Notes: generated by a model not told the origin, from the letters alone. A DNA stretch of 64,000 nucleotides from Geosiphon pyriformis uo1 (GCA_016748015.1 JAAOMT010000073.1:118393-182392), one strand, 5' to 3'; counted from the stretch's first letter, positions 14,034 to 27,690 are shown. Numbers and translations are program-made.

Positions 14034-15731
14034 ATGTCAATTACAGAAACGAAAGAAACTGATCCACTGCTTAAAAATGGGTGCGTGAGCACTCAACCAA
14101 ACTATACTCTGTATCATAATTCTACTAATGACAATAGTTTTTCGAAAAATCGTCTCGTCAAAAATGACGCTGAACCAGCAACACTATCAAACCAACCAAT
14201 ATTCGATCAAACAGCCGAACTATCATTAAAAGATCGAATCATGGTTTGTATTGGTTTGATGGCGGCAGTTTTCTTGTCCGCGTTAGATCAAACGATCATT
14301 GCTATAGCATTGCCAAAGATCGGATCAGAATTCAACGCATTATCCGAGATCGCTTGGGTTGGGACATCTTACATGCTCACCTGCACCGCAACACAAACAA
14401 TCTTTGCCAAATTATCAGATATTTTTGGGAGGAAGACCATTTTTTTAGTCTCAATTGAAATATTCACCGTTGGATCAATATTTTGTGGGGCTGCGCCAGA
14501 CATGCGTTTGTTAATCATTAGCCGTGGAATTGCTGGGATCGGTTGTGGTGGAATTATTTCGATGGTGGCCATTATCATCACGGAAATTGTACCATTACGT
14601 GAACGTGGCAAATATCAAAGTATCATTAGTGTTACTTATACTTTGGCCGCGGTAATTGGACCTTTAGTTGGTGGCGCTCTCACCGACCACGCATCATGGC
14701 GATGGGCATTTTATCTGAATGTTCCAGTTGGAATCCTTACAATCTGGATAATTTGGAAACTTTTAAATCTACCAAAGGTGAGCGGCACCTTACGAGAAAA
14801 GTTGTGTCGCATAGATTATGCTGGAAGCCTGGCCTTTACCATATCTATGGTTTCGATCTTGTTATCACTTAGCTTGGGAGGCAATGATGATCACCAATGG
14901 GGATCACCAGAAATTATCACCTTGCTCATTACTGGTTTCTTGTTTGTCTTAATATTCATCTTGATTGAAGTTAAGGTGGCAAAGGAACCGATCATCCCGA
15001 TACATCTATTCAAAAATATCAATGTACTTTTCTCTCTCATTTCCAATTTCGCGATCGGTATGGTATTCCTGGGAATGATATATTACACCTCAATTTACTA
15101 TCAAGCGGTTAAAGGACAAAATGCTACTAAAGCAGGATTACAACTGGTCCCATTAATTTCCGGTATCCTGTTATTTTCAGTTTTGTCTGGTTTCGCCGCC
15201 AGTATCACTGGGCGATATCTTGGCTGGATTCTTTCTGGTTATGTATTAGTAGGAATCGGATCGGTACTAATATCTACGGCTGATGAAAATACCAATCAAT
15301 TTCAGCTAATCGTTTATCTTTCCATCTTTGGTACCGGATTCGGAACTTCATTTCAAACCGCTCTTTTAGCTCCTCAATCCTCGGTTGTTTACAAAGATGT
15401 AGCGCTCGTGACAGCATTGGTGGTTTTTATTCGAAATATTGGTGGTATCTTGGGTTTGGCAATTTATGCATCGACTTTTAATAACACCTTGGTAAAATTA
15501 TTGGTTGAAGTATTACCTGATGATATTCCAATTGATCAGGTGTTAAATTCTATCGAGTACGTGTATAGTTTACCACCAGAGATCCGAGAACCGGTGATTC
15601 ATGCTTATGCAAAAGCAATACAAACTGCCCATTGGATTGGATTACCCGCCTCAATTGTGGCAATATTCTTCACCTTGTTCATCAAGCATCGACCATTGAC
15701 AAGAACTTTAGGTCCTAGTATCACGGAATGA
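14034..15731 (+). CDS. MFS transporter, DHA2/14-TMS drug:H+ antiporter-like, intronless
   Basis: 565-aa ORF with FLSALDQTII, KLSDIFGRK (motif A), VPLRERGKYQ, GPLVGGALTD, WRWAFYLNVP and KEPIIP, plus many hydrophobic helices. Confidence 0.93.
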   Translation: MSITETKETDPLLKNGCVSTQPNYTLYHNSTNDNSFSKNRLVKNDAEPATLSNQPIFDQTAELSLKDRIMVCIGLMAAVFLSALDQTIIAIALPKIGSEFNALSEIAWVGTSYMLTCTATQTIFAKLSDIFGRKTIFLVSIEIFTVGSIFCGAAPDMRLLIISRGIAGIGCGGIISMVAIIITEIVPLRERGKYQSIISVTYTLAAVIGPLVGGALTDHASWRWAFYLNVPVGILTIWIIWKLLNLPKVSGTLREKLCRIDYAGSLAFTISMVSILLSLSLGGNDDHQWGSPEIITLLITGFLFVLIFILIEVKVAKEPIIPIHLFKNINVLFSLISNFAIGMVFLGMIYYTSIYYQAVKGQNATKAGLQLVPLISGILLFSVLSGFAASITGRYLGWILSGYVLVGIGSVLISTADENTNQFQLIVYLSIFGTGFGTSFQTALLAPQSSVVYKDVALVTALVVFIRNIGGILGLAIYASTFNNTLVKLLVEVLPDDIPIDQVLNSIEYVYSLPPEIREPVIHAYAKAIQTAHWIGLPASIVAIFFTLFIKHRPLTRTLGPSITE

Positions 15732-17182
15732 TGATGTGTTAAATAAATAATTTTAAAAAGTAAAAATTAGGGAGTGAAACATTTGTTATTTGGAAAAATA
15801 AGACATAATAGCAATTTTTAAGGAAATGTTTATAGTAAATTGGGTTCTTTGAAACTTTTCAATTAAAGTCCTAAATGCCATGTGTTCAAGTTGATATGAT
15901 TATGAACTCATAAATAAACAAGTTGATATGATCAAAAGACCTTGAATTCTTGAAAGTGATTCATCCATCATCCCTGATTCATAGATCAAGAATTTCTTAT
16001 CGCCTCAATTAAAAGAAGAGAGAAATAATTCCGTTGATTATACATAATTACTTTTAAATTTGTGACCATGAGGGTAAAGGAATAATTCCAAAATTTAAAT
16101 CTTGGAATCAATTTTCCATATATAATCTTTTTAACTTTCATTATTATAACAATAGATTAAGAATGATAAAAGTCAGTTTTCAAAGACATTATTTCGCCAA
16201 TCTTTAAAATATCATTAAAGAGTCAGCTAATAAATAAGAAAAAAAAAGATTTATTTTTATCGATAACTTTTAACAAAGCTCAAGGATTTAGATCATCCAC
16301 ACACACAAATACACCAATATAAGTAAGCACCTTTGAAAATATAAGCCTAAGGGATCAAATGATTTTGTATCTAGAATAAATATCATTCAGGGGATATTGT
16401 GACAAACGTAACTAATTAGCTTTTGATTGCTAGGAATTCTGTAGACCTTAAAGTTGAAGTAATATAAAAACTTTTAAGATTTTTTCAATCCCTTTTATAT
16501 TGACAATGACACGATTTCAAGATAAATCAGTTGGGAGGGGAGGGGAGGGAAGGGAAGAGAAGGGAAGGGGAGAATTGGACAGACTGAATGAAAAACTTTT
16601 TTGATTTAGGCACATCGAAAAGTCAGAATAAAGGGTACAGGTTTCTTTTTCTTTGTTCTCTAAAAAGGGATCCGAATTTCACATTACCAAGTAATGAAAC
16701 CTCCTTTTAAAGAAATATTTGTCCAACCCCATTGACAATATTGATATCTTTAATAATATTATGTTATCCGCGAGAAAATATCACGAAAAAAAAAACAAGG
16801 AAATTAAAAAGAAAGACCTCTTTAAAATATTTGAAAAAATTTATTAACCAAAAAAAAAAATTTTCTCTGATTATGTTTCGTTGTGATTAGCTAAAGGTTT
16901 AAAATGAACACGTGAGTCATTTGGGTTAAAGTTCTTTTAGGATATGAAAGAAATTCTCAAAGGTCAAAAAGGATTTCAATTATATGTTTTACCTTGGAAG
17001 ATAAGAAACAAATCAAACAATTTTAGGATCAAAATCCATTTTTTTTAACAAAATTAATATTTAAACAAGAATATAACTAAAGCTTCGAGACTCTTGATGT
17101 TTAAAAACAAATTTAAAATTTTACAATAAGGGATATTTTTTATATATAGGGGATCTATTTAGATTCTAAAAGTGATTTATAT

Positions 17183-17770
17183 TTAAATTTTTACACATTT
17201 TTTTTCACAATTATCCCCGAAATATCCACATCTATATCCTTTTTTACAAGCGAATGTACAAGCACGTTTACTTCTACATTCTTTGCCTGGTTTTTGAGAA
17301 TAATTATTACATTTTCCAACACCCTTTCGTTTTTTATATTGAGATTGACAGGTAGATTGTGGCGGTTCTGAATCTAAAAAATAAAATTATTTAAGGTATT
17401 ATCTTGAAATTCATTGATGAAGTAAATTTTAAATCTTTTTACCTTCGATTAGTGAGCATACAGGTGTACAATTTTCCCCTGCTTTACAAGTGGTCCCAGT
17501 TTGACATAACGCTGCTATACAAGGATCGTATTGGCACTGAGGTGCTCTTTTAACTATATTATCCAGAGTTCAAGGTGCGTAAAAAAATGAGAAATTATTT
17601 TCAAGTTTATAATTGATTGATTGATTGATTGATTGATTGAGTAGTTGTAGTTTTTAATTATTAAACGTACCTGAACCAGTGACTAACCCGACATTTTCTC
17701 TCACTCCAAAACTGAAAATGGTTACACATATAATCAAAATATAGAAAAATATACGAAGGATTTTATTCAT
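17183..17770 (-). CDS. Small secreted cysteine-rich protein, 133 aa, 3 exons (not in ORF track)
   Basis: Exons 17770-17671, 17553-17443, 17373-17183 total 402 nt with two phase-1 GT-AG introns. Protein: MNKILRIFFYILIICVTIFSFGVRENVGLVTGSVKR-APQCQYDPCIAALCQTGTTCKAGENCTPVCSLIEDSEPPQSTCQSQYKKRKGVGKCNNYSQKPGKECRSKRACTFACKKGYRCGYFGDNCEKKCVKI. Confidence 0.85.
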
Positions 17771-18299
17771 CTTATGTTTATATTTTGTTTTGTATTTAAA
17801 AATGAATCGGAAGTTGCAAGAAAATTGAGCTGTAACAATAAATTATTATAATCATTCAGAAGCTCTTTTTATTTCATTTTTTTGAATTATTAATTGGTTT
17901 AACTTGGTTTAAGGTTTAAACCTTTTCGTACATTTACGAATCTTCTGAATGAATATTATTAAGAGAACATTCCAATTTATTATTAAATTAAGATAAGTAG
18001 GAACAATTGTTTCAGAAAAAACAAAGAATTTACTATTGTAATACTTATTTTTCCATAAGAAGACAATAATTAAGGAAAAACTATAAATATCAATCAAATC
18101 GACGAATTCATTTCCTGTTTTCAACAAACCAGGAATTCGAGAAAAATGCTTTTGAGGTCCAAATATGAATAGAAATCTAGAAATTATTGCTGTATGATAC
18201 ATATTTGATGATCAAAAACACTAAATGCTTTAATCTATTTTTATGAAATTGTTTAATTATGGATCTAAAGAAGTTAGTAATAGTTATTTGCTTTTATGA

Positions 18300-21200
18300 C
18301 AATTTAATATAGTTGAATAGTGTATTAATCACTTTTAATTAAATATAATGAAAATAAATTTGTTATGTTTTTACTTTTTAAATTTGAATTATTTTTTGAT
18401 AAAGTTAAATATATGATATTTTATATTTATATTAGATATATATTTATATTTCAATTAAAAATATAAAATATTCTTAATAATTATTTAAAAAGTTTTTTTT
18501 ATTGCTTTTAATTAAACATGTATATAAATTATGTAAATTAATAATAATAATAAAATTATGCCTATAATAAATATAAACCCATGTAATTTTTCATATAACT
18601 AATTATTTGAACTTATATTAATGTTATACTAAGCTAAAATAAACACCAAAAATACTTTTTTCATTAAGTTTGCTTATTTAGATTCTGGTATTCTTTTTTA
18701 CTAAACTTTATATTTTAAAGTTAAATAAATTTTATAAAATTATTTAATATTATTACTTAATTTATTATTACCTAAAAATAATGTACCAAATTTATTCTTA
18801 ATTTTAGTAAAGTCTTATACAAACTTAATACCAATTTGCTAAAACTTTTTATTTTAAGTTTTTAAAAATGTAAAACAGTTTTTTTTTTCAACCAAAATAA
18901 TATAATATGTATTATCAAAAAACCAATAAAGTTTTATTACTCATTTTATTAAATAAATTAAATATTTTATTCAAAATTCTAAAAAATTTAAAGTATTTAT
19001 TAAGTATTAAAATATATTATTCTATTTTAATAGTTGTGTTATGTATTCAATTTTTTTACGAATATTTTTTATCTATAAGTTATTTTGTTATGTGTAAATA
19101 TTATAAATTTATATTCAAAATTCAAGTGTTATTTTAACAATTACTTTTTAGCTTTAATAGTTAAAATTCTTAAATGTACTAATTTATATTTTGGAAAATT
19201 ACAATTAATTTAAAAGCTTATTCAAAAATAAAAATAAAACAAATAAAAAAATATTTTTATTCTAATATTGTATTGTGTTTTTTCTTTTTTTAATTTTAAT
19301 TAGTTTTACAATTTGTTATTTTTAAATAATTAAAATTTAGTTTAGATTGAAATCTAAATTTGTGTTAAAATATTTAAAATTTTGAAATTAATTTAAATTT
19401 TGGAGATTATTAAAATATAAAATTTAATAATAGTTTTTAAACAAAAAAGAAAAATAATTATTTTTATTGTTAATTATTTTATTAAATAATTTTAAAATTT
19501 TATTTCGGAATTTTAAAATTTAATTAATTAATTAGTTATTTATTTAAAAATCTGATTTTTGTCAAGATACAAAATTTATATTATATTAATAAAATTTTTA
19601 AATTATTGATTTTATAAAAACTTTTATGAATTTTAGTAAACTATTTGTTTGTTTTTTGAAAATTTTTACAAATTTTAATTTAAACAAAATAAACTTTAAT
19701 TAAGTTATTTAAAATCTATTTAAAGTGTATAAATTTTAACTTAAACTGCTTATAATTTATTTAAACTGTTTAAAATTATTATTGTTACAAATTTTAGATT
19801 AATATATATAGTATTTAAATATTTTTACAAATTAATATTAATTTTATTTAATATTAATAACTAATAAAAATTAATTAATTAACAATAATAATTAATTTAA
19901 AAATAAATAATTTAATATTTAAATAATTAAATTAAAATATTAAATAATTGAATAATAAATAAATTTAAAAATAAATTATAAATTATAAATTATGAAAAAA
20001 TTAAAATATTTTTTAATGTTTTTAAAAATATAATTTTCAATTAGTAATAATATTAATACTTAAAAAATTTTTTATTAAATATATAATTTTTTTTAATAAT
20101 AATGTTATATTTTTTATTGCGATTTAATTTAAATAATTTAAAAATAAAATACGTTTAATCATATATCTAAATAATAATATTACTAATTATATAAATTATA
20201 TAATCAAAAAAAATTCAATTAACTTAATTTAAAAAATATTTTGTAAAACAATAATTTTTTTAATTTTTTAAAAAAAATTTTTAATGATATTTTTTTTATT
20301 ATAAATAATTAATAAGTAAAAATAAAGTTAATTAAACCAAAAATTTTGAAATTAACAATAATATATTATTAAGAATTAATATATTTTAATTTAATAGATA
20401 TTATTAAAACATATATTAAGCAAAATATTATTAAAACATATATTAAGCAAAATATTATTAAAACATATACTAAGAAAAATATTATTAAAACATATACTAA
20501 GAAAAATATAAAAACACAATTAAAAAACATAATAAAATTTGTAATTTTTAATGATAACTTTTATACAATAAAACTTGATATTATTTTTAATAACAAACTT
20601 AATATTAATAAACTATATAATAATTAAACAATAGTCTTTATATAAATTAATTTAATTTTATAAAAAACATTAAACATTAAAATAAAAACCACTTTTTTTA
20701 AAAAAATTTTATTAATTAATAATTGTTTTTTTAAGTATTATTAAAATTAATAGTATTTTTAAAAAAAAACTGTTTTAGTATTTATGTTATTAATTTAGTT
20801 TTTTAAGTTAAATAATAATATAATTTGATTAAATAATAATATATATTAGAACAAATCATGTTTTGCTTTTATAATAAAAAATAATTTGCTAAATATAACT
20901 ATATTAAACAATTTAATTAAATATTAATTTATGTCTGTTTTAAAAAATATATTATTACTTCTATTGTTTAAATTAAAAAAATATTATTGTTTATAAACTA
21001 AATTGAAACTTATTATTGTAATTGAAAAAAAATCAGTATAAAAAATCAAAGTCTTATATTTCAAAAAAAAAAAGTTTTTAAAACAATAACAATAAATTTA
21101 AAATCTTTAATAAACACAAAAACCAATAATTTAAAATAAAAGCTTTTTTTTAAAAATTACAAAAAAAACAATAGCTTAATTATTGTTTTAATATTATATT

Positions 21201-21700
21201 TTTTTAAAACTTTTGGTAATAATAATAATAATAACATTAAAACTGCTTTTGCTATTTGAATAAAACTTTGACTAAAAATAGATTATCATTTAAATATGAA
21301 AAGAATAATTTTAAAGCAATTTTTAATTGTTTTTTATTTGTAATATTTAAGAAAAATGTTTTATAATGTTTTGCTTAACTGTTTTTACTATTAAAAAGGC
21401 TTTTTGGGTAGTTGTTTTCTTAGTTATTATAAAAAAAAGCAAAAATTGTTTCTTTTTTTACTTTTTACTTTGTTCATAGCCATGAAAATTAAGAAAAAAA
21501 GAATTTATTTTTTTTTATTTTGGGTTAAAAAGTTTATATTATTATTAATTAATAATTATGTATTTTTGTTAAAATTAATACACTTGTCAAAATTTGAAAA
21601 TCTATACATAAAAAAGTTTTTATTTTTTTAATAATTATTTTTTCATTTTATCAACACTTTTCATAAATCTGATGTTTTACTTTGCAAAATTGAAACAACA
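18300..21700 (-). mobile_element. AT-rich decayed retroelement block; 20730-21480 matches the LINE-like end at 6870-7520
   Basis: Shared strings such as aaaaaaactgttttagt and tattgtttaaattaaaaaa(a)tattat occur in the same order in both blocks. Confidence 0.55.
20398..20506. repeat. 27-bp tandem repeat, about 4 copies
   Basis: Unit tattattaaaacatata(t/c)taag(c/a)aaaa repeated head to tail. Confidence 0.85.
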
Positions 21701-23433
21701 TATTCACAATTATTATTATTATTATTTTATTTATTCTTAAATGTGTTTTTATTTTCTCATTTTTTTTAGTAAATCTATTTTTAGCATTCATGTTGGTTTT
21801 GTTCCACAGATAATTTAATGAAAATATAAATTTTTAACTTAAACTATAATTTCATTCAATCGCGACAAATTTGTCTGACTTGTGAAACGAATTCAATTAA
21901 TTATAATCTTGCTTGAAAATGAATTAAAGGTCGCTGCAATCTTAATCAGAAGTTTGGCAGACACTATTTTTGTTGATTGAGATATTAATAACACTCCCAA
22001 AAATAGTAATTAAATAGATAGTTTTTTTCGGAAATTAAAGATAAAACCATGTGCTTAATTTCAAAGAAAAAATACTATTAATTTTTCATACTTTTAAGGA
22101 TTTTGTCACAGTCCCAAAATTCCTTTTTGTAAATATTTTATGTTTATCTCTTAGAGCTATTCGATCTATTTATCGTAAAAAAAAAAATGCTAGTTTCTCG
22201 ATAAATAAAAGATAGATGTACATTTATCTTCTTTTCCTTACCCATGGTACGATTAAATTGGGTTCACATAATATTGGGACCAAATTGTAGAACAATGTTC
22301 CCATTGATGGCTTGTTCCTGTTTCGGTTTGTGTACTTGTATGATCTGGATCTTCCTTCTAATTTTAAGTGACCGTAAACAAAAAGTGAAGGAATCGGAGA
22401 GGTTTTTGATATAATGAGTAATATTGAGAATCCACTCATTAATTCTCTAATCACCAATAAAAGGTTCTCTTACGTACTCTTTACAAAGGTGGTGTTTATT
22501 TGCTCCATCTTCGTCATGGAGCTTAGATCTAAGAGAAAAGCTGAGATATTTGTTCCACAAGTTCGTCAAAAAAATTTTCTACGTTTCGAGTTTCTCAAAG
22601 ATTTTTGGAATCATCTTTTTTTTTTTTTTTTTTGATTCGTGTTACATGTTTCCTAAATTCTACACTTGGAAAATTTTCGTTTCTTAATCATTTAATCCCT
22701 CCTGCATCTAAAGCTACCAATTTTAACTGAAATCTTATGAAAAAAAAAGTTCTCGCTATAGAAAAACAACAGACCGAATGAAAGACAATAATCATGCAAG
22801 AAATTATTTAGTGCGTGCGCGCGTTTAAGAAAAACTATGTTCATAAATCCCATCTATTTGCTCATTATGGTCATTGATGATTGAGTTCGAGTAAGCCAAA
22901 ATTACAATGCATGTCTGCATAGATCGGAAATACGTATCGAATAATTTTCCGAGATACATATCTTTTTTGCGCTTATCTCACGTTTGATCAATTTTATTTG
23001 CTATTAACTATCGGAAAAAGTATGGTAATTGATAAAACAATGATAAAATGCCAAACTTAAGAAGCTACTTGAAAATTTTCATCTTTCGTTTCACAGCAGA
23101 TTATTTGCTTATATGAAATAGATCAACCAACTCTCAAGAGTTTGTGGACTCTCATTATTGCCCCTGACCACCATACAGTACGTTTCACGTCAAAGTTGTT
23201 GGTCTCGACGCGGGTAATATTGAATAAGCGTCATCTGAAAATAGAAATTCGAATAAACTTTTGTTTTACTGAATAGGTGAATGAATGAACCTTAAATTAA
23301 AAGTAATTTTTGATAAAAAGGCTCGTTGCTAAAAGGTTTTTCGCGTAATTTTCATATTTTTCATCAATTTACGAATCTGTTCTAGAAACTTCGAATATTT
23401 TCCCTTCAATAAAACTTGATTTTTTTTTTCGAA

Positions 23434-24115
23434 ATGCCGACCATTTTTGGTTCTCTTAATCATCTTTGCCTCACCGTGTCTGACTACGATAAAAGCATCG
23501 AACTTTACGATTTATTTCTAACCCGTCTTGGTATATATCTGATGTTTATGGCTGGTTAATGAAATTTGAATCTTGAATATTTCACTTTGATTTATATCCC
23601 TTCCTTTTAAATAATCTAATTAATCAGGCTACAAACAAGGCTTGTCAACACCTAATTACACGTTATGGTCTCACCCCAAAGTGGGAAGCATTGGCATCAA
23701 TCCAGTCAAACCGGAATACAAAGATATCAAGCATAATCGCTACACTGCTGGTTTTCACCATTTGGCATTCAATGCTTCGTCACGAAAGGATGTTGATGAA
23801 TTTTATGATTTCCTAGTTGAAAATGAATACGAAATTTTGGATGAACCTGCAGAATATCCATACTCTCCTGGTTATTATGCTGGTAGGATTATCATTTTTA
23901 AAAAATTTATTTTTACATTAATATAAAAATATGTATTAATTAATTTCCTTTTCTGGACAGTCTTCTGGACTGATCTTGACGGTATGAAATTTGAATTGGC
24001 ATACATTCCACCACCACCAACAATCAAAAATAAGGAACAAGAAATAGAGGGGAAGGACCACGAAGGAAATGGTATCACAGATGAAAAAACTTCAAAACGT
24101 CAAAAAACCGAATAA
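23434..24115 (+). CDS. VOC/glyoxalase-bleomycin resistance family protein, 3 exons
   Basis: Exons 23434-23530, 23628-23882, 23961-24115 give MPTIFGSLNHLCLTVSDYDKSIELYD...GFHHLAFNASSRKDVDEFY...PGYYAVFWTDLDGMKFELAY, with the VOC His/His/Glu metal-ligand pattern. Confidence 0.87.
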
Positions 24116-25477
24116 ACAACTTTAATTAGTTTTTTAATCTATTGGTTCCTATAATTATCTTTCTAATTTTAGATTTGAAATTAAAAAAATGTATCCTTTT
24201 TAACTCTGATTTCTTTTATCCTAGTAATTAACAGAACAACAAGATTTGAATGCTCCCTAATTTTTATGATTTCCCATCAAAAATAAAATAAAACTCCTCA
24301 ATTTAATTAAAAGAATTTATATTGATTTCCAATTTTGAATGAAACTATTCTCTCTTGAAAAAAAAACGGTCCTTTTTAAATGATTCATTTCTTTCAGAGT
24401 TAGAGAAAGTTTTAATCTGTAAAGATTCATTGAAGCCATTAAAGTCATTGATTAAATTAAAATAACTATCGAAAATTAAATCATGATGTTTCGGTAAAGA
24501 AAAAAAGCAAAAAAATCTTTGTACTGAGGCTTAATAAAACTGAATTCTTTCAATAACTTTTGAATATGATGTTACCCGAAATTCTTGTTTGGGAATGAGA
24601 GAATAGTGAACGGAATTTTGCAATAAAAGGTTTTTTTCAAGAGAATTTAGTGTTGAAACAAAATATAAACAAAGATTGTTTATATTCAGGGTTTTTGGCA
24701 GAAATGGTAATGTTTTATGTGCATTATTAAATAGAAAATTTTTAAAAATGGTCTTATTATTTATTATAGTTTTTAGCTAATTATTGAATGTTAAATTTTG
24801 ACAATTTGCATATAATATTATAAAAAGATTGAATTTTGGCACTAACAGTGAATTATTGCTTTGGTTACATAGATGTGGATCATGCGTTTTCAACACGTGA
24901 TCAGCTACACGAGATTTAAGTGCAGTAAAATTAAAAAATTAAAAAATTACCATGATCTGACGCTTTTACTCATTTCCACTTACCATTTCGATTGAAAATG
25001 TTTTTCCATTTTCTTTTAATAGAAATTTCAATTTCAAAATGTTGTATTCATTTCTAAAGTATCTTTTTTTAAATTAAAATTTAAAAGTAAAGGTATAAAA
25101 TTTTCAAACTCATACTGCGTAAATTCAAAGCCATTGTTCATTTTAAATTTACTTTATGGAAATCAAATGATCTGTAATTTTAAACCCAGGACCTTTACCA
25201 AAAATTTATATCAAACAGGCTACACTGGGCGGAATTCCAATAATTTTTGATAGGCATCGAATTCGAAATGTACAAAAAGATTGGGAATGGAATCGAGATG
25301 GATTTTTCGCTCGCAAATTCAAAATAATTTTAGGCTTTTCCCTAGACCTCCAACTTCCCAAGCAATAAAAATATTCATTGACAAGGTTTGAAATAAGAGA
25401 AAGTTTGATCTCTAAATTAAGCTCCGTTTTGTTTCATCATCATCATCATCATCATCACCATCGGTTACCCCAATTGA

Positions 25478-26647
25478 CTAATCCTCACTTTCTGTCTTCA
25501 AGACTTTTTGGGTATTCATCCAATCTTTAACAGCCTCAAGGGTCACTTCATCTCTTGGAACTGTAAAGCGGCGAATCATTTTTGATACGGTACTTTGCGA
25601 AAGCGTACAGCCATTTTTTGACATGGCTCGAATTTCATCTGCTATATCACGTTGCCTGCACGATTTATCAGATATTCGTCGATCTACACATGCGATAAAT
25701 TCGTCAAGGAAGGCATGTTCTTGAATTGTAATTGGATCTCGAGCTGAAACCTTTTTCCTAACAATCACAGGTTCGCTCGCTGGAAGAATGGCAGGAGTCT
25801 TGGTCTTTACATTTGATTTCGATTTTTTTGATAGCTTTTCGGGAATTTCTGATGTCGCCAAGTAAGGACGCTTTTTTTCCGACGATTGTGCATCATTTTG
25901 TTTAGTGGTGGATTTTGGCTTGGTGAGACGAAGAATTATTTGCGCCGGTTTTTTCTTTAACTTGGATTTTGGAAATTCTGGCGAAGCAGTTCCCCCAATC
26001 TTGGAAATCGCTGTTAAGGTGTGCCATTCATTTAATTTTGCATAAGGATCGAATCGCACTTTTATTCCTTTGGATTTTTTCGGTTTTTTGTCACGATCAT
26101 CACCAATGAATTTCTATTGGTCACCCATACAAAATATGCAATCGAAAATTAGATAAAATCTCGAGAAAACAAGCTTTGGAATTTAAAAATTTTATTTGCC
26201 TTTATTTTATTCGCAACATCATTCGAAATATTATCTTGAATAGGGTGTTGAAATACCTGAGCACGTGAATTATGTGGTAAAGAATATTCAATACTCTTCA
26301 CTCCATTCGATCTGGCAAGTGCGTGAATTTCATCAGGCAAACGAAATCCGGTTATAGGGAAAGGTCCTACAAACTCTGCTGGTAATCGAACGCACATATC
26401 AGGTGGAAGAATTCCCTCAAGTTCACTGACTTTACGCGACGCTTCCCTTAACGCTTTGCAAGCCTCTGTGTATGTTTCGACAACCTAGGATCCACAGGAT
26501 TTTGTCTCTTAGAGGTTCAGGGTTGCAATAAAATTTCTAGGAAATTAATCAAATCCTACAACCATCCCGTCAAAAAATCCAAACCTCTTCAGTCTTTTTG
26601 ATAATCATTTTGGCTTCACGACGACTGATCAAACTTTCGTAGGCCAT
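25478..26647 (-). CDS. Hypothetical protein with C-terminal Cro/C1 (lambda-repressor-like, POU-specific-like) HTH domain, 3 exons
   Basis: Exon 1 (26647-26585, MAYESLISRREAKMIIKKTEE) splices in frame to VVETYTEACK...HNSRAQ and then KFIGDDRDK..., joining the ORFs at 26149-26397 and 25478-26059. Lys-rich linker, then RRISDKSCRQRDIADEI...LSQSTVSKMIR...VKDWM. Confidence 0.7.
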
Positions 26648-27591
26648 TTCACTTTTTCATATTCGATATTATAAACGTATAGAAAAAAAAATCAATTAGT
26701 TGTATCTCATTTACAAAAAATCCTGTTTAGAGGTTCTTTTTTCAAAAAATTGAGTCAAGAAAAACACAAAATACCTAAAAGACAATGTTTTGTACAATTT
26801 AGAGAAAGGTCTTCAACTTTCTTGGTTCAAAATAGTTTTATATTTGAACCGAGTTAAAAAAACCTTTTACTTTGTAAAAAAGGAAAGGCGATGTATAATG
26901 TCAAAAGAGCGATTAACAAACTTGGGATGCAGTTTCCCACATCTGCAGTGATAGTCCATAAAGCCTAATAGTGTTTCACAACACAGCCTTTAAAAGAATC
27001 ATATATTTTCCGAGAACTATTTTGGAAAATCGATATTGTGAGTTATTAGACTATAATGACGCGAAAAACGGGGAACGACTTTACACCTTTTTATTGATAT
27101 TTGTAACACCATTTGAAAACTAGTTACTTTTCAACAATGGAAATTCCTTATCGTTTGCGATATCGGGGGGAATCTCATGAAAAATAGTACACGTATTTGC
27201 TAAATAACTTTTGATTGAAAATTTGGGGATTATAAACATTCAAAAAAGATTTTAACCTTGAATAGTGTAAAAAATAGCCTTTATTTCATTTATCTTTTTA
27301 AAGTTAAAAAATTTCAAATAATTTGAAAGACTGAACCCATATAACGATTGAAATTTCATTTTGCAGATAATAATGAGGATTAAAATAACATACATATTAC
27401 TATAAGACAAAGACAAAGACAAAGGAAAAGGAAAAGTAAAAGGCAAAGGCAAAGGCAAAAGGTAAATTAGTAATTAAGAATTGATAAGATTTGGTTTTCT
27501 TTTTTTTTTAAACATTATTCTTAAAAAAGTAAAACCCAGATCAGATCAGATCAGATTTGCTTACAATAGATAATGTAGTTAAATTGTTCGT

Positions 27592-27690
27592 TATAAAGAT
27601 ATAAAGGATAAAGATATAAAGTTATAAAGGTATAAAGATATAAAGGCATAAAGATATAAACTTATAAATATAGGTATAAAGGTATAAAGT
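27592..27690. repeat. Degenerate 8-bp tandem repeat (TATAAAGN)n
   Basis: About a dozen imperfect tataaag(a/g/t) units. Confidence 0.75.

Noticed and set aside
22224-22635. Moderately GC-rich stretch with possible minus-strand splice sites
   Set aside because: Two alternative short models are possible, neither with recognisable motifs; cannot be supported.
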